The position numbers and the translations under genes were made by a program. The notes beneath the pieces are model-generated. The model saw only the letters and a list, made by a program, of their open reading frames with translations, had not been told where the DNA came from and made no database searches. Shown one piece after another: positions 1-13,900 of a DNA stretch of 64,000 nucleotides (position 1 is its first letter; every line of letters begins with the position of its first letter). Source of the DNA: the human T2T-CHM13v2.0 reference genome, Homo sapiens; the NCBI RefSeq assembly GCF_009914755.1, contig NC_060938.1; one strand, written 5' to 3'.

Positions 1-472
1 CTTGATTTGTTTAATTTCCCTATAGATTCTGGATATTACGGCTTTGTTGGATGGAACGTTTGTGAATATCTTTCCACATTCTGTAGGTTGTCTGAGTACT
101 GTGCTGTTAGTTTTGTTTGCTTCTTTGTTTGTTTTGCTGAGCAGGAGCTCCTCAGTTAATTAGGCCCCACTTGTCTATTTTTCTTTTTGTTGCAATTGGT
201 TTTGGATACTCAGCCAACATTTTTTTGTCAAACCTGATGTCAAGAAGAGTATTTCCTAGGTTGTCTTCAAGGATTTTTATGGTTTGAGGTCTTACATTTA
301 AAACTTTAATGAATTTTGTGTTAATTTTATACATGTTGAAAGTAGATATCCAGCTTCAATCTTCATCATATGCCTAGCCAGTTGTCCCAGCACCATTTAT
401 TGAACAGGGAGTCCCTTCCTCATTGCTTGTTTTCATCAGCCTTATCAAAGATGAGATGACTGTAGGTGTGCA
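1..472 (-). mobile_element. L1 ORF2 3' region (inverted segment of a 5'-inverted L1)
   Basis: ORF 152-334 (KINTKFIKVLNVRPQTIKILEDNLGNTLLDI) resembles the L1 ORF2 C-terminal region; continues beyond the left edge. Confidence 0.9.
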
Positions 473-477
473 GCCAC

Positions 478-1126
478 GCACCACTCAGAATGGTTATCAC
501 TAAAAAGTCAAAAAACAATGGATGCTGCTGGGACTGTGGAGAAAAGAGAACACATACACTGATGAGGGGAATATAAATTGGTGTTTCCACTTTGGAAATC
601 AGACTGGAGATTTCTCAAAGAACTTAAAACAGAGATATCATTTTACACAGCAATCCCACCACGGGGTATACACTGAAAAGTAAGCAAATAATTCTACCAA
701 AAAGACACATCCACATCTATGTTCATTGCTGTGCTATTCACAGTGGCAACGACATAGATCAAACCAGATGCACATCATTGGTAGACTGAATATACAAAAT
801 GCGGTACATCTACAATGTATAATACTACACAGCCATGAAAAAGAATGAAATCATGTCCTTTGCAGTAAAATGAAAGAAGCTGGGGCCCTTAATCCTAAAC
901 AAATTAATGTAGGAGCAGAAAACTGAATACCACATATTCTCCTAAGTAAGACCTCAGCATTGAGCACACATGGACATAATTATGAGAATGATAGACACTG
1001 TGGACTGCTGGAGAGTGGAGGGAGAGGATGGTGGAATCTGTATTCCAAACCTCAGCATCACTCAATAATCCCCCGTGACAAATCCAAACATTTACCCTCT
1101 GTATCTATATTAAATTTGAAAAAAAA
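478..1126 (+). mobile_element. L1 3' end (L1PB/old L1PA-like) with short poly(A)
   Basis: ORF2 end (CAGAATGG..AAAAAGTCAAAAAACAA), 3'UTR motif CCAAACCTCAGCATCA, A-tail ending near 1126. Confidence 0.85.
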
Positions 1127-2644
1127 TTCCTTATGTGAGAGCTGACTGGAAGCACCGAAGAGGACACTTGTTGTGGAGATGGACCTGCTCCTCATCATAA
1201 CTTAGATGCTGGAGACAAATGTGTGCACATTTGCCAGAAACCCTCAAACTGTACATTGAAAATATATGTATTTTGTATAGGTTAATTTTATCTCATAAAA
1301 ATCAAAAATTGACATTTGTAGGAAAATATTTTATATTGAAATTAAAATATTAATAAAATGTATATGAAAATTAAAATGCAAAATGTAAATGTGATTATTA
1401 TGATAATTATTAAAATGCATTCAGCTCTATCTACTAGAATAAAATCCCAGAAATAAGAAAGATAAAGGTGGCATCTTAAAATGAAAAATTAATAAATACA
1501 CATATCACGGGTAAGTAAAACATGGCTAAAAAATATGTGGAACATTTTATATTATTAGTTATAAAAGTTAATAAACTAGTGATATAATATTTTAACCTGA
1601 TTTATCAGGATAAATTTCTAATATTCTGTATAAAATCACAATTGGGGACAGCCGACAGGAAAATAACAATATTTGCAAGTTCATGTTCTAAATGTTAATA
1701 TAATCTCAATGTTGGCTCAGCTATTACACCTGAAATTTGTAATTATATCATTTATTTGTTTGAGTCTTTGGAAAAATTAATTTTAAGAGATGACTTAGCA
1801 GAATCATCTACAATATGGAGATAATAGCATCTCATCTACAAATAAATTGAGAATCCATAATACATGTATATCCTGATAAGAAACCCTGTTCCATGGAAAA
1901 GGGCTTATCCTATTTGGTTGTGATACGTTACTGTTAAAATTATCACCTTCACGATGATTTAGAAAATTAAAGCAAACCCTGATGAATTGAAGTGTGATGT
2001 TGCTTGTTTGGTACAACAGCGGGGTAAGGATAATGAAGAGCCCTGTGATCCCGAGGAGATGGCCTAATCCAAGGAGAGGGAGGCTCCAGGTCGTGTGGAC
2101 TCACACGGGGCTCCTCCTTCTGCCCGTCCTGCAGCCTCTCCAGAAGTCTTCGGGAGACAGGGGTGAGGATGGGCCCTCGAGATGATCCAGTGAGATCTGG
2201 AAGCGAAGAAAAAGATAATGATCTGGGATAAATTAAAAAATTAAAATAAAGAAAATTATTGTAATTTCACAAATTATGGTTGTTTATATTTATAAGGTAA
2301 GAAGCAATGTTATGATTTGTGAATACAATATGGAATAACTAAGATAATTGAGAAATAAGATAATTATCATTCACCACCTCAAATTCTTATCATATATCGT
2401 AACAACAACATCTGAAATTTACTGTTAGCTCTCTTGAAATGACCAATATACTACTTTTAAATGAACAAATAGAAATAAATTCATGTAAACGATTAAAAAT
2501 AACAAATCAATTATAAATTACTCTAACATTTATATTTACTTCATCATTATGTTTGATTCCTTAGGACACATTTTTAGAATTATTTTATTGTAATGTTTAA
2601 TATAAATCCCTATGGTTATATGCATAGGTCTGCGTGTTTATATA

Positions 2645-2860
2645 TCTTTTTTCTTTCTTTCCTTCTTTTCTTCCTTCCTTCCTTTCTTCCTTCCTTCCTT
2701 CCTCTCTCTTTCTTTCTCTCTTTTCCTTCCTTCCTTCCTTCCTTCCTTCCTTCCTTCCTTCCTTCCTCTCTCTTTCTCTCTTTTCCTTCCTTCCTTCCTT
2801 CCTTCCTTCCTTCCTTCCTTCCTTCCTTTCTTCCTTTCTTCCTTTTCTTTTCTTTCTTTC
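2645..2860. repeat. (TTCC)n/(CT)n polypyrimidine tract (expanded Alu tail)
   Basis: 216 nt containing only C and T, adjacent to the 3' end of a minus-strand Alu. Confidence 0.95.
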
Positions 2861-3040
2861 ATACAAAGTCTCGCTCTGTCGCCAGGCTGGAGTGTAGTGG
2901 CAGTCCACTCCACTCACTGTGACTTCCGCTTCCCGGATTCAAGCAATTCTCCTTGCTCAGCCTCCCGAGTAGCTGGGATTACAGGCGCCCTTCACCACGC
3001 CAGGCTAATTTTTGTAAATTTTTAGTATAAACGGGGTTTC
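2861..3040 (-). mobile_element. Alu, 5'-truncated (mostly right arm)
   Basis: AGTCTCGCTCTGTCGCCAGGCTGGAGTG...GGGGTTTC. Confidence 0.9.
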
Positions 3041-3379
3041 AGGCCTAAACAACTGTCTATCGTTAAAAGTGTTTGTCCCTATAGCTATGTAGTTGCTGAT
3101 GTCAACAAATGTTAATAAAACTCTGGGAGAATCAGTGCAAATAATTAGGAATGTTTATTTCTTGAAAGTATACACTTAAAAATATATCCATAGAGTTGTA
3201 AAAATTACCAAAATTTAAAAACTAATGATAATAAATGAACAGTAAATACAAGTAATAAAATATCACAGCCTAGAAGGCTCGAGTCCTGGGAAGATAAAGG
3301 TGACTTTTCCAGCCAAGGAAAAAGGAAACCTCCCCCTGCACCTGCTCCTGGGACCTGTCCCGTACTCAGTCGGTCCCTA

Positions 3380-3393
3380 GCGCCCCCTGGTGG
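3380..3393 (-). promoter_or_regulatory. CTCF-binding motif next to the IGHV3-49 RSS
   Basis: Minus strand CCACCAGGGGGCGC matches the CTCF core consensus, 21 nt beyond the nonamer. Confidence 0.8.
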
Positions 3394-3414
3394 CTCTGTG
3401 CGCCCCTGCAGGGA

Positions 3415-3453
3415 GGTTTGTGTCTGGGCTCACATTGACCTCCCCTCACTGTG
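3415..3453 (-). other. 23-RSS of IGHV3-49
   Basis: CACAGTG (3447-3453), 23-nt spacer, ACACAAACC (3415-3423). Confidence 0.97.
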
Positions 3454-3915
3454 TCTCTAGTACAGTAATACACGGCTGTGTCCTCGGTTTTCAGGCTGTT
3501 CATTTGCAGATAGGCGATGCTTTTGGAATCATCTCTTGAGATGGTGAATCTGCCTTTCACAGACGCGGCGTATTCTGTTGTCCCACCATAAGCTTTGCTT
3601 CTAATGAAACCTACCCACTCCAGCCCCTTCCCTGGAGCCTGGCGGAACCAGCTCATAGCATAATCACCAAAGGTGAATCCAGAAGCTGTACAGGAGAGTC
3701 TCAGGGACCGCCCTGGCTTTACCAAGCCTCCCCCAGACTCCACCAGCTGCACCTCACATTGGACACCTGCAAACACAGAAACACCAAGGTCAGAAACTGC
3801 CACACATATCCACTGTTTCTACCACTCATGTCCCCTCACACTCAGTATCTCTAGTACACCATGAATTACCTTTTAAAATAGCAACAAGGAAAACCCAGCT
3901 AAGCCCAAACTCCAT
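3454..3915 (-). CDS. IGHV3-49: Functional IGHV gene segment: leader exon 3870-3915, V exon 3454-3766; translation fits allele *05 as recalled
   Basis: [58 protein letters not shown]...[19 protein letters not shown]...YYCTR; GT-AG intron 3767-3869; open frame. Confidence 0.97.
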
Positions 3916-4041
3916 GGTTGGTGGTCTGTGTTCAGTGCTGATCACCAAGTGGAAACTCCTGGGAATCTCACGGCTGGGGCTCCTCTCCCAGAGCTGCAGG
4001 GTCAGGGCTGGGCTCATTTTCATCAGCAGAGGGAGGGCCTT

Positions 4042-4049
4042 ATTTGCAT
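4042..4049 (-). promoter_or_regulatory. Octamer of the IGHV3-49 promoter
   Basis: ATGCAAAT about 127 nt upstream of the ATG. Confidence 0.9.
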
Positions 4050-6569
4050 GTCTCCTACTATATACCAAGCTCTGGGGTGGGACACCTGAGGAGAGGACGG
4101 GGCCCAGATAAGATGACTGTGCCTTGAAGGAGTTTGGTGACAATGATGGTATTTGGGAAATATGCTGTCTTATTGTAAAATTATGCTGTGATAAACACCT
4201 TGAACTGATCACCCTATTTAATTTTACATATTTGTATAAATTATATTTTGTCAGTCAGTGGTCTCTCCATGTACAGATGTGGAAGTAAACCACACACGGA
4301 AAAGGGACTAAGTGTGTATGTTAGAGCTCATGTTTGGGATAAGTAATCGCTGGTATCTTGGCCTGTGCTCCTCATCACTGGCCCCAATAACTCCCTGCAC
4401 CAACTCCAGGACAAAGCTAAATGTGCCGAGTGTGGTTTGTAGAACCCACTTTCTGTAGTGAGAACATGCGTGATTTTGCTGCATTTTAGCATTCACCTAA
4501 AGATATGGTGAGAACTAGGGTTCAGGCAGATACATTCTTAAATATTTCTGAAATTTAATATACATTTTCTCTTTCTATCACTCCTTGTCTAACTTTCAAT
4601 TTTTGCTTGTAATAAAGTTTATAACGTTTAGTTTACAGATAATAAACTTTCACATATTTAAAGATTACAGTTGATAAAAATGATGTAACCGTCATCCTTA
4701 TCAAGTTGGACAAGAGAATTCTTAACATTTCCTTTTGTTCTTCTGTATTCTTTCTCCTTTTCCTTTCTTTCTTCTACCATTTCCCTGGCAACTACTGATC
4801 TTTACATTGCTGCAAATTCATTTTAATTTTTCAGAATTTATAAAAATGAAATAACAGTATATATTCTCATTTGTTTGGCTTATTTTAGTTAGCATAAATG
4901 GATATTTTACCTTGTAGTTGGGTATATCAAATGTTTACTTATTATAAATGCTGGGTAGCATTCTAGCAAACAAATTTACTATAATTTGTTTTCCTATTAA
5001 GCAGCTAAACAATATTTGAATTTTTTATTATTCTGGGTGTTACTAAAAATTTGCTACTAAGCTTGGAAATGTACAGAAAAAAGGAATATATTTTTCTTAT
5101 TTTTTACAACCGCATCAACAATAACAGATAAACATGGAGGATGGAATTTTGCCAATTTTCTTTAATATTTCTGATAAAATTTCAAAACACACAACAAATC
5201 TGAAGCTTATGGAGAAGCAATTTCTTGTAGAGAGTAACAAAGCCAGGGTTTGAAATTACCTAAGGCAGAGTCTGGAATATAAAATATTGTCTGTTCCAAG
5301 AAAAAATACAAATATATATTGGGCTGCTTGAAATTGAGTGTGGGAAACGCTTTTTAGTGTGAAATTTTAAGGGACCACATGCCCAAAAGCAACCTATCCT
5401 CTTGAATCCCTTTCCCCAAGAAAGGGGACAGTTACCAAAGTCTTACTTTCCCGAAGTGTCTTTCTGGGAGAGAACAAGATCCTCGACATCTAAAATGTAT
5501 TCAGACCCAACTCCCTTAATCCCCCTACAGAACTAAGAATTTACTCTGCAGGGACAAGCTACTGAAACCAGAATCCTAGGAACACTGGTTCCACCCTACA
5601 GGAATTGAGATGGGAACAGAGATCCTCACCAAAGATCTATTGAGGAGCAGCTCCCCTATCTTGCTTATGGAATCAGAGCCTTAGTCTGCAGGGCAGGGCA
5701 GAAGATCTGGAAGGTGATGACACTGATTGAGAACACTAGAGCTGTGGGAGGGAGCACCTGGGGAAAACAGGAGGACTCTACCCCAGGGAAAGGGGCAAGA
5801 ACACCCAGACCAGCATCTCATATGGAGGAGGGTCAGGAACACTCACAAGGTCATGCCCAGACTCTGGGTCACAATGCCTTCCTAGGAATATGGAAAAAGG
5901 AATATGGACCTAGGAATATGGAGTCTTTAGCGTAATGTCTTTAACTGATTTAGAAATTGTCAGTTAAATAAAACAATTGAATGCACCTGAGGGAGCTGAA
6001 AGAGATTCTCTGGGGTACAGAACAAGTTGAAGAGACAAAGTCAAGCAGACAAAAAACAAAGAAGGCATCATTGGAAGATTTGTAATCTCTGGTGGACATA
6101 GAACAACAGAGTTCAATTAGTTTTTGAAACCCTTAAATCAGTCTTTAGTAATTTTATATGATAAAATAGTCAGCCTCATCAATGGAGTCTTATCCCCATG
6201 AGGGATGAATATCCGTGTGGGCACGTGGTGCATTTCTAGTCATGGAGGCAGGGGAGATGGTTGGTTGAGGCATTCATGGTCCTTCAGAAGAGAATTCCAG
6301 AAATGTCTCTGCCCCTTTTCCAGCCAATATTTAACATATGTGTGTGAGCTTTGGGAATGTTGTCACCATGTCACAGCATGATGGGAGTCCTCTGGGGGGT
6401 GAAGCTGCCTTTCTGGATGTATCAGTGTGGAAAACTGAGACAAGAAACAGCCTGGGCACATGAGCTGTCAAATTATTCAATCCTGGAGCCACTCACATCC
6501 AGGTTTCTGGTTTCATCAGGTTGTGATTTTCCTCATTGTTTGGTCAGCCTGGGTTGTCTTTCTTCACTC

Positions 6570-8046
<1,477 letters not shown>

Positions 8047-8376
8047 AATTACACTGATAATAACTAAGCATTTTACACAGTTGTAAGGCACCTCAAATAT
8101 AAGATATTAAACTGAGTATCCTCAAAAATCCTCTGGTGGTTCTGATGTTTTGGAGCAGACAGTTCACCTAAGACATTCAGAATAGGTGGATGATTTTAGA
8201 TAGTGAAAAGTCTCCACACAAGACATTGGAACAGGACCCTTGTCTAATCCCCTGCCCCATGCCTTTCACCTCACTCTCCTTGTTTTCCTCCTAATTTTCA
8301 TTATGATTTGCTTATTCTTATAAGGAGTCTTCTCCTTTTTTGTAGGCCTGGTTGTTGTCCACCCATCTTGGGCTGA

Positions 8377-8690
<314 letters not shown>

Positions 8691-8704
8691 ACGATTTTTA
8701 TAGG

Positions 8705-9090
8705 TGCTACATAGAATAAGTCATCAGACTATTGTTTTGATGTCTGACTGCTGATAACTTAAGGCTCATTCCTTCATCATCTCCTTTCTTTCCCACACGA
8801 GGTGAATCTAGTTAGGAATCACAGGAGTTACCCTATTTGAAGCCATGTAGATGTTCAAACGCCACAAACTCCTTTCTTGAGTGAGAACCCTCACTCTGCC
8901 CACACCACCAAGCCACTACAGGAACCCTGAGCCAGTCTCCTTTCTTGCTCTATTGAGCCATTTTGGACATTCCTGAGAGACCAGCTCTACTCTCAGCAGA
9001 CACCTGAAGAGTGTAGTTAACCTTTCCGTATTCACATGGGGGAGTGTGCCGCACCCACAGATGTGACATCCACATGACATTTTAATTGTG
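8705..9090 (+). mobile_element. Old LTR relic, family uncertain
   Basis: LTR-like U3/R text (GAGCCAGTCTCCTTTC...); paralog at ~43930-44315 keeps AATAAA. Confidence 0.45.
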
Positions 9091-10214
9091 ATCTCTTGGC
9101 CTTTTTATGGTGTCAGCTAGAACTGATGCTGTGAGCTTGTTGCCACGTCTCCTAACCACAGGACACACCCGTTCCCTGAACCAACCCCAGGACACAGCTG
9201 GACATGCCTGATGTGGTTTCATTAACCCCCGTTATGTAATGAAATCATGACATTATTTTCTTGTATTCTAGCGTTTCCCTAAAAATACAGGTGGACTTAG
9301 GGTTTATTCGTGTGTATATCCAGGAGTCTTTGATTTCTTATGTATATCTAATTAAATCTTTAATTCTGTGTTGAGAAATTTAAAATTTCTTCAGTTTGAT
9401 GAGTGAAGTCCTTATGCTATTGTTCTGTGATTTTCTTTTTTTATTTATCATACATTTTATTCATCTATGTCTAACTAATTTTCTACAAAATTATACTTGT
9501 TTTAACTTGTAATATTTTAATAGGGTGAAATTCACAAATAATAGGCATCCCATAATGTGTACGATTTGATTAATAGTGACATAACTATTACCTTCATCAA
9601 CATAGAAAAAACTCCACTACCTTCAGCATTTCTTCTTCATTTCCTACAATTTCTGGTTCCTAACCCTTCCCTCCTCACACCAGGTCCAGAGTCAACTACT
9701 GGTTTTCTTTATGTAACTTTAGATTAGCATTCATTTTATAGAATTTGTAAAAGTGGAACAGTATGTATGTACTTGTATTTGTTTGTCTTATTTTAATCAG
9801 CATATATACTTGTGAATTTACACTTGCTGTTGAGAGTATCCAGCCTTACCTGATTGTAACAATCGGTGTTTTTCCAGTGAGCGAATTTACCACCTTGTGT
9901 TTACTGATTAAGCTGATGATTGGTATTCAGATTGCTTTCAGCCTCTGGGTATTATTTAAAAAAGCTGCTACTCATCTTAGAGAAGCACGCAGCTGAGAAA
10001 CACAACGTTCTTATTCTTACAACAATATGAACAGTGGCTGAACTGGAAAAGCTGCGCTTTAATCAATTGTCTTCAACACATCAGGTAATTGAAGTTAGAA
10101 AATTCTGTGTGTGTTTCAGTTTGTGAGCTAGAGAGGAGTGAAGAAGGGAGAAAGAGGAGAAAGAGACATAATTGACCATGATTTATGAGGTTCTCAAATA
10201 AATCCAGGGACTCA

Positions 10215-10589
<375 letters not shown>

Positions 10590-10738
10590 TTATTTACATA
10601 AACGCCATTTTCTAATAATACAAAGAATCACGTACATGAGAATAAACACAGTGGCGGGTGTCAGTGAAATATGATGATGATGCCAAACCCCATCTCCAGC
10701 ACCTTTTCCTCTTGCACCTGCCTTGATGTGTGTCCTGA

Positions 10739-10752
10739 GCGCCCCCTGGTGT
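10739..10752 (-). promoter_or_regulatory. CTCF-like motif 3' of IGHV(II)-49-1
   Basis: Minus strand ACACCAGGGGGCGC. Confidence 0.65.
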
Positions 10753-10792
10753 CCCGAGGGCCTCCCGCAGTTCCTGAGCTTCCCTGCAGGGA

Positions 10793-11115
10793 GGTTTGTT
10801 TCTGGGCTCACAATGACTTCCCCTTGCTGTATCTTTTGTGTAAAAATTCATGGTTGTGTACTCGTTGCTCAGGTAGCTCAGCTGTAGAAGAAACTGTGTT
10901 TTGGATGTGGATCTGGAGATGGTGACTGGACTCTTGAGGCGTGGGTTGCGTTGTGTTCTCCCTCATGACCTGTGCACCTGATTCACTCCAGTCCCTTCCC
11001 TGGGGAGCTGAGGGATCCAGCTCCAGCAGGAAGCACTGGTTGTGATGGAGAAGCAGAGACAGCACAGATGAGGGAGAGGGTCTGTGAGGGCTTCGCCAGG
11101 CCAAGAACGCACGAG
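10793..11115 (-). pseudogene. IGHVII-49-1: Clan II V pseudogene, 5'-truncated, with degenerate RSS (TACAGCA-23-AAACAAACC)
   Basis: [16 protein letters not shown] / [13 protein letters not shown] fragments in shifting frames; no leader; position after IGHV3-49. Confidence 0.85.
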
Positions 11116-12171
11116 AAATACAGATGTCGGCATGCACAGGTTCTGAACAACACGTTGAAATTCACAAATATGCACATTTTCATGAGAATGAAGAGCTCAG
11201 TGTTTTGAAATTTGTGAATCCCCTAGAACAAATAGTGGATACTAAAGTTAGAATAAGAATAATAAATGGTCACTTATTTTCTTCAAACTTTCAACCAAAT
11301 AAGAAAGAGAATCTGCTGTCAGGGGAGTGGGTATTGAATTATTACCTCTGTCTATGATAACAGTGATTTTTCAGAATCTGATTGACCTGTGATAGCCTAA
11401 AGGATGTCCTAATCCTGAATCCACAATTAGACCTGAGCAGCAATCATGGGCCGTGGAGGTCGCCTCACATGTGGAAAGATCTGACTCTGCAAAGCTGTAC
11501 ATGGGGGTCTCTGCAGGCCCTTAGTTGTACAGGAACAGCTCCTCCCTCAGACTCAGAGTAAGGACAATGTGCTCTTTATCTGGGGGAGGTGAGGGTTAGT
11601 GTGTGGAAAGAACCAAACTCACTCTAATCAATATCTCTGTACTTGGACAGAAACCAAGGTTTACAAGAATCAATGAACTTGGGATAAAGTAGGAAATTAC
11701 AAGGACATTACAATTGTTTGCAAGCTGCGCGCTTTCTTCTCCATGTCATCTGAGAGGACCAAGGAAAATCATGTTTTCTTCTGTACATTTCCATAAAAGG
11801 TGTTCCCACCCTGAGAACGCACCTCCTATACCTCCAACGTCAGGGAGCCCCTGGACCAGGCACCCGGCACAGCTCTCTGACACCATCACCCGGTTTTTGA
11901 CAAAGAGACCCATCCTGGAGCTCCTCCCAAACAATGACTGTGCACAGTGAAGATGCTAACGCGTGGCTGCTGCTGGGCACATGGGGGATTCCTGATGGAC
12001 AGCTATGTTCCAGGAGGAACCAGCGGCCTTAATGGACTTAGCTTAGACCACAGGGTTGTTGGGAAGCTCCATCAGACTCCCACCTTCTCCAGCACTGTTG
12101 TGAGATTGGCATAGTGAGCTGACAATGTCTACAGCCTCACCCGGCCTCCTGCGCGCTTTTCTGCCTCTTGC

Positions 12172-12318
12172 CTCTCCCCTACACTCCACCACCTGCACCT
12201 CACACTAGACACTTACAAACACAGAGACATTTTGGTCAGAACCTGCCACACATAATCACTGTTTTTTCACTCATATCCACTCACACTCAATATCTTTTGT
12301 TCTCCATTATTCGCCTTT
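12172..12318 (-). repeat. 147-bp direct copy of the IGHV3-50 intron plus flanking exon ends
   Basis: Ungapped match to 12871-13017 (offset 699); 14 mismatches by manual count. Confidence 0.93.
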
Positions 12319-12564
12319 CTGACAAATGACAATGTTTCCTCCTATAGTAGCAAACTTTACTAACCCAGAGACATCAGTGGTAGGCGCAGATCCATAAAGA
12401 CAGAGGCCCAGGCGAACTGTTGGATGCAGAGGAATCCACAGATCTGGAAGGAAAGTAGACCTTTGCCTTCACCTGCACCTGTACCTGCCCCTGGAACTGT
12501 CCCTGCCTTTTGTGTGTGCTGAGTGCCCACTGCAGCCCAGCCTCCTCCCTCCTCCCTGCAGGAA

Positions 12565-13059
12565 ATTTTGTGTCTGGGTTCACACTGATGTCCCTTCATT
12601 TGGTACCTTTGACTCAATAATACAGAGCCATATTCTCAGCTCTCAGACTGTTCATTTGCAGATACAACCTGTGCTTGGCATTGTCTTTGGAGATGGTGAA
12701 TCTGACCTTCACAGAGTCTGCATATTATGTCTGACTTCCATCGTACATTATATCTACTACTCACTGCAGCCCCTTTCCTGGAGCCTGGCAGATTCAGCTG
12801 ATCTAGTAGCTACAGAAGGTGGATTCAGAGGATGCACGGCAGAGTCTCAGGCACATTCAGCTTGTGCCAACTCTCCCCAAGACTCCACCATCTGCACCCC
12901 ACACTAGACACCTACAAGCACAGAGACATCTGAGTCAGAACCTGCCACACAGAATCACTGTTTTTTCACTCATATCCACTCACACTCCATATCTCAAGTT
13001 CTCCATTATTCGCCTTTTAAAATAATGACAAGGGAAACCCAGCTCAGCCCTAACTCTAT
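12565..13059 (-). pseudogene. IGHV3-50: VH3 pseudogene (V region 12604-12900)
   Basis: ATA instead of ATG, GC splice donor, TAG in L-part2, frameshift and stops, TGA at the second Cys, RSS CCAAATG-23-ACACAAAAT, octamer decayed (plus strand ATTTTCTT at 13185-13192). Confidence 0.9.
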
Positions 13060-13414
13060 GGTGAGCCATGTTTGTACAGAGCTGATCATCAAATCCAAAC
13101 TCCTGGTAATTCTGGACTAGAGATCTTCTCCCAGAGTTGCAGGGTCAGGGCAGGGCTGGTTTTCATCAGGAGAGGGAGGGCCCTATTTTCTTGTCTCCTC
13201 CTCTGTAGCAAACTCTGATGTGGGACCCCTTAGGAGAGAGCAGAGCCCAGAGCAGATGTGAGACTCCTGGAGGAGTTTAGTGGTGATGGCAGCATTTGGG
13301 AAAATATAATTTCTTATTATGTGATTTTCCCATTAAAATTACTAAGCAATTATTATTTTATTTCTATTTTACATAGTTATAAAAATAGAAATATAACCGC
13401 ATTAACAAGAGTTT

Positions 13415-13900
13415 AAGAGATATGAAGTGAGAAATAGAAAACAATAAGAAAGGAGGAGACTTCAACACCTCACCCTCAATAATGTATAGAACACCCATAA
13501 AAAAATTCTTAGGAAGCCCATGGACTTAAACAACACTATTGAACAAACTGACCTAATAGACATCTACAGAACATTCCAACCAAGCGCAGTGTAATACGCA
13601 TGCTTCTCAAGCACACTATAAATATTCTTCATGATAGCCTATATGTTAGATAAAAAATGGCTCTCAGAATTTAAAAAAGTCATGCCAACTGTTCTCTAAC
13701 TTTTTTAAAAAATGATGAGTCGCCAACCTTCTAAGCTATTTCTAAAAGGCTACAATTACCGTGTTGCCAGTGACAGACAAACGCAAAGGAAGAAAATTAA
13801 ACTTCAAAGAAATATTTATACAAATGAACTACACCAAAATAATAGTCAACTAAGTTCTATAAGACTTTAAAAGGATCATGCAACATGACAAACTCAAATT
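13415..13900 (+). mobile_element. Old L1 ORF2 endonuclease-region fragments
   Basis: GGAGACTTCAACACC (GDFNT) and GACCTAATAGACATCTACAGAACATT. Confidence 0.8.

Noticed and set aside
2593-3025. Several low-complexity ORFs (FLPS and KEGR repeats)
   Set aside because: Translations of the (TTCC)n tract and the Alu.
10802-10824. Clan II spacer 22/23 identical to the IGHV3-53 spacer, suggesting conversion
   Set aside because: This spacer is close to the general VH spacer consensus, so shared ancestry explains it.
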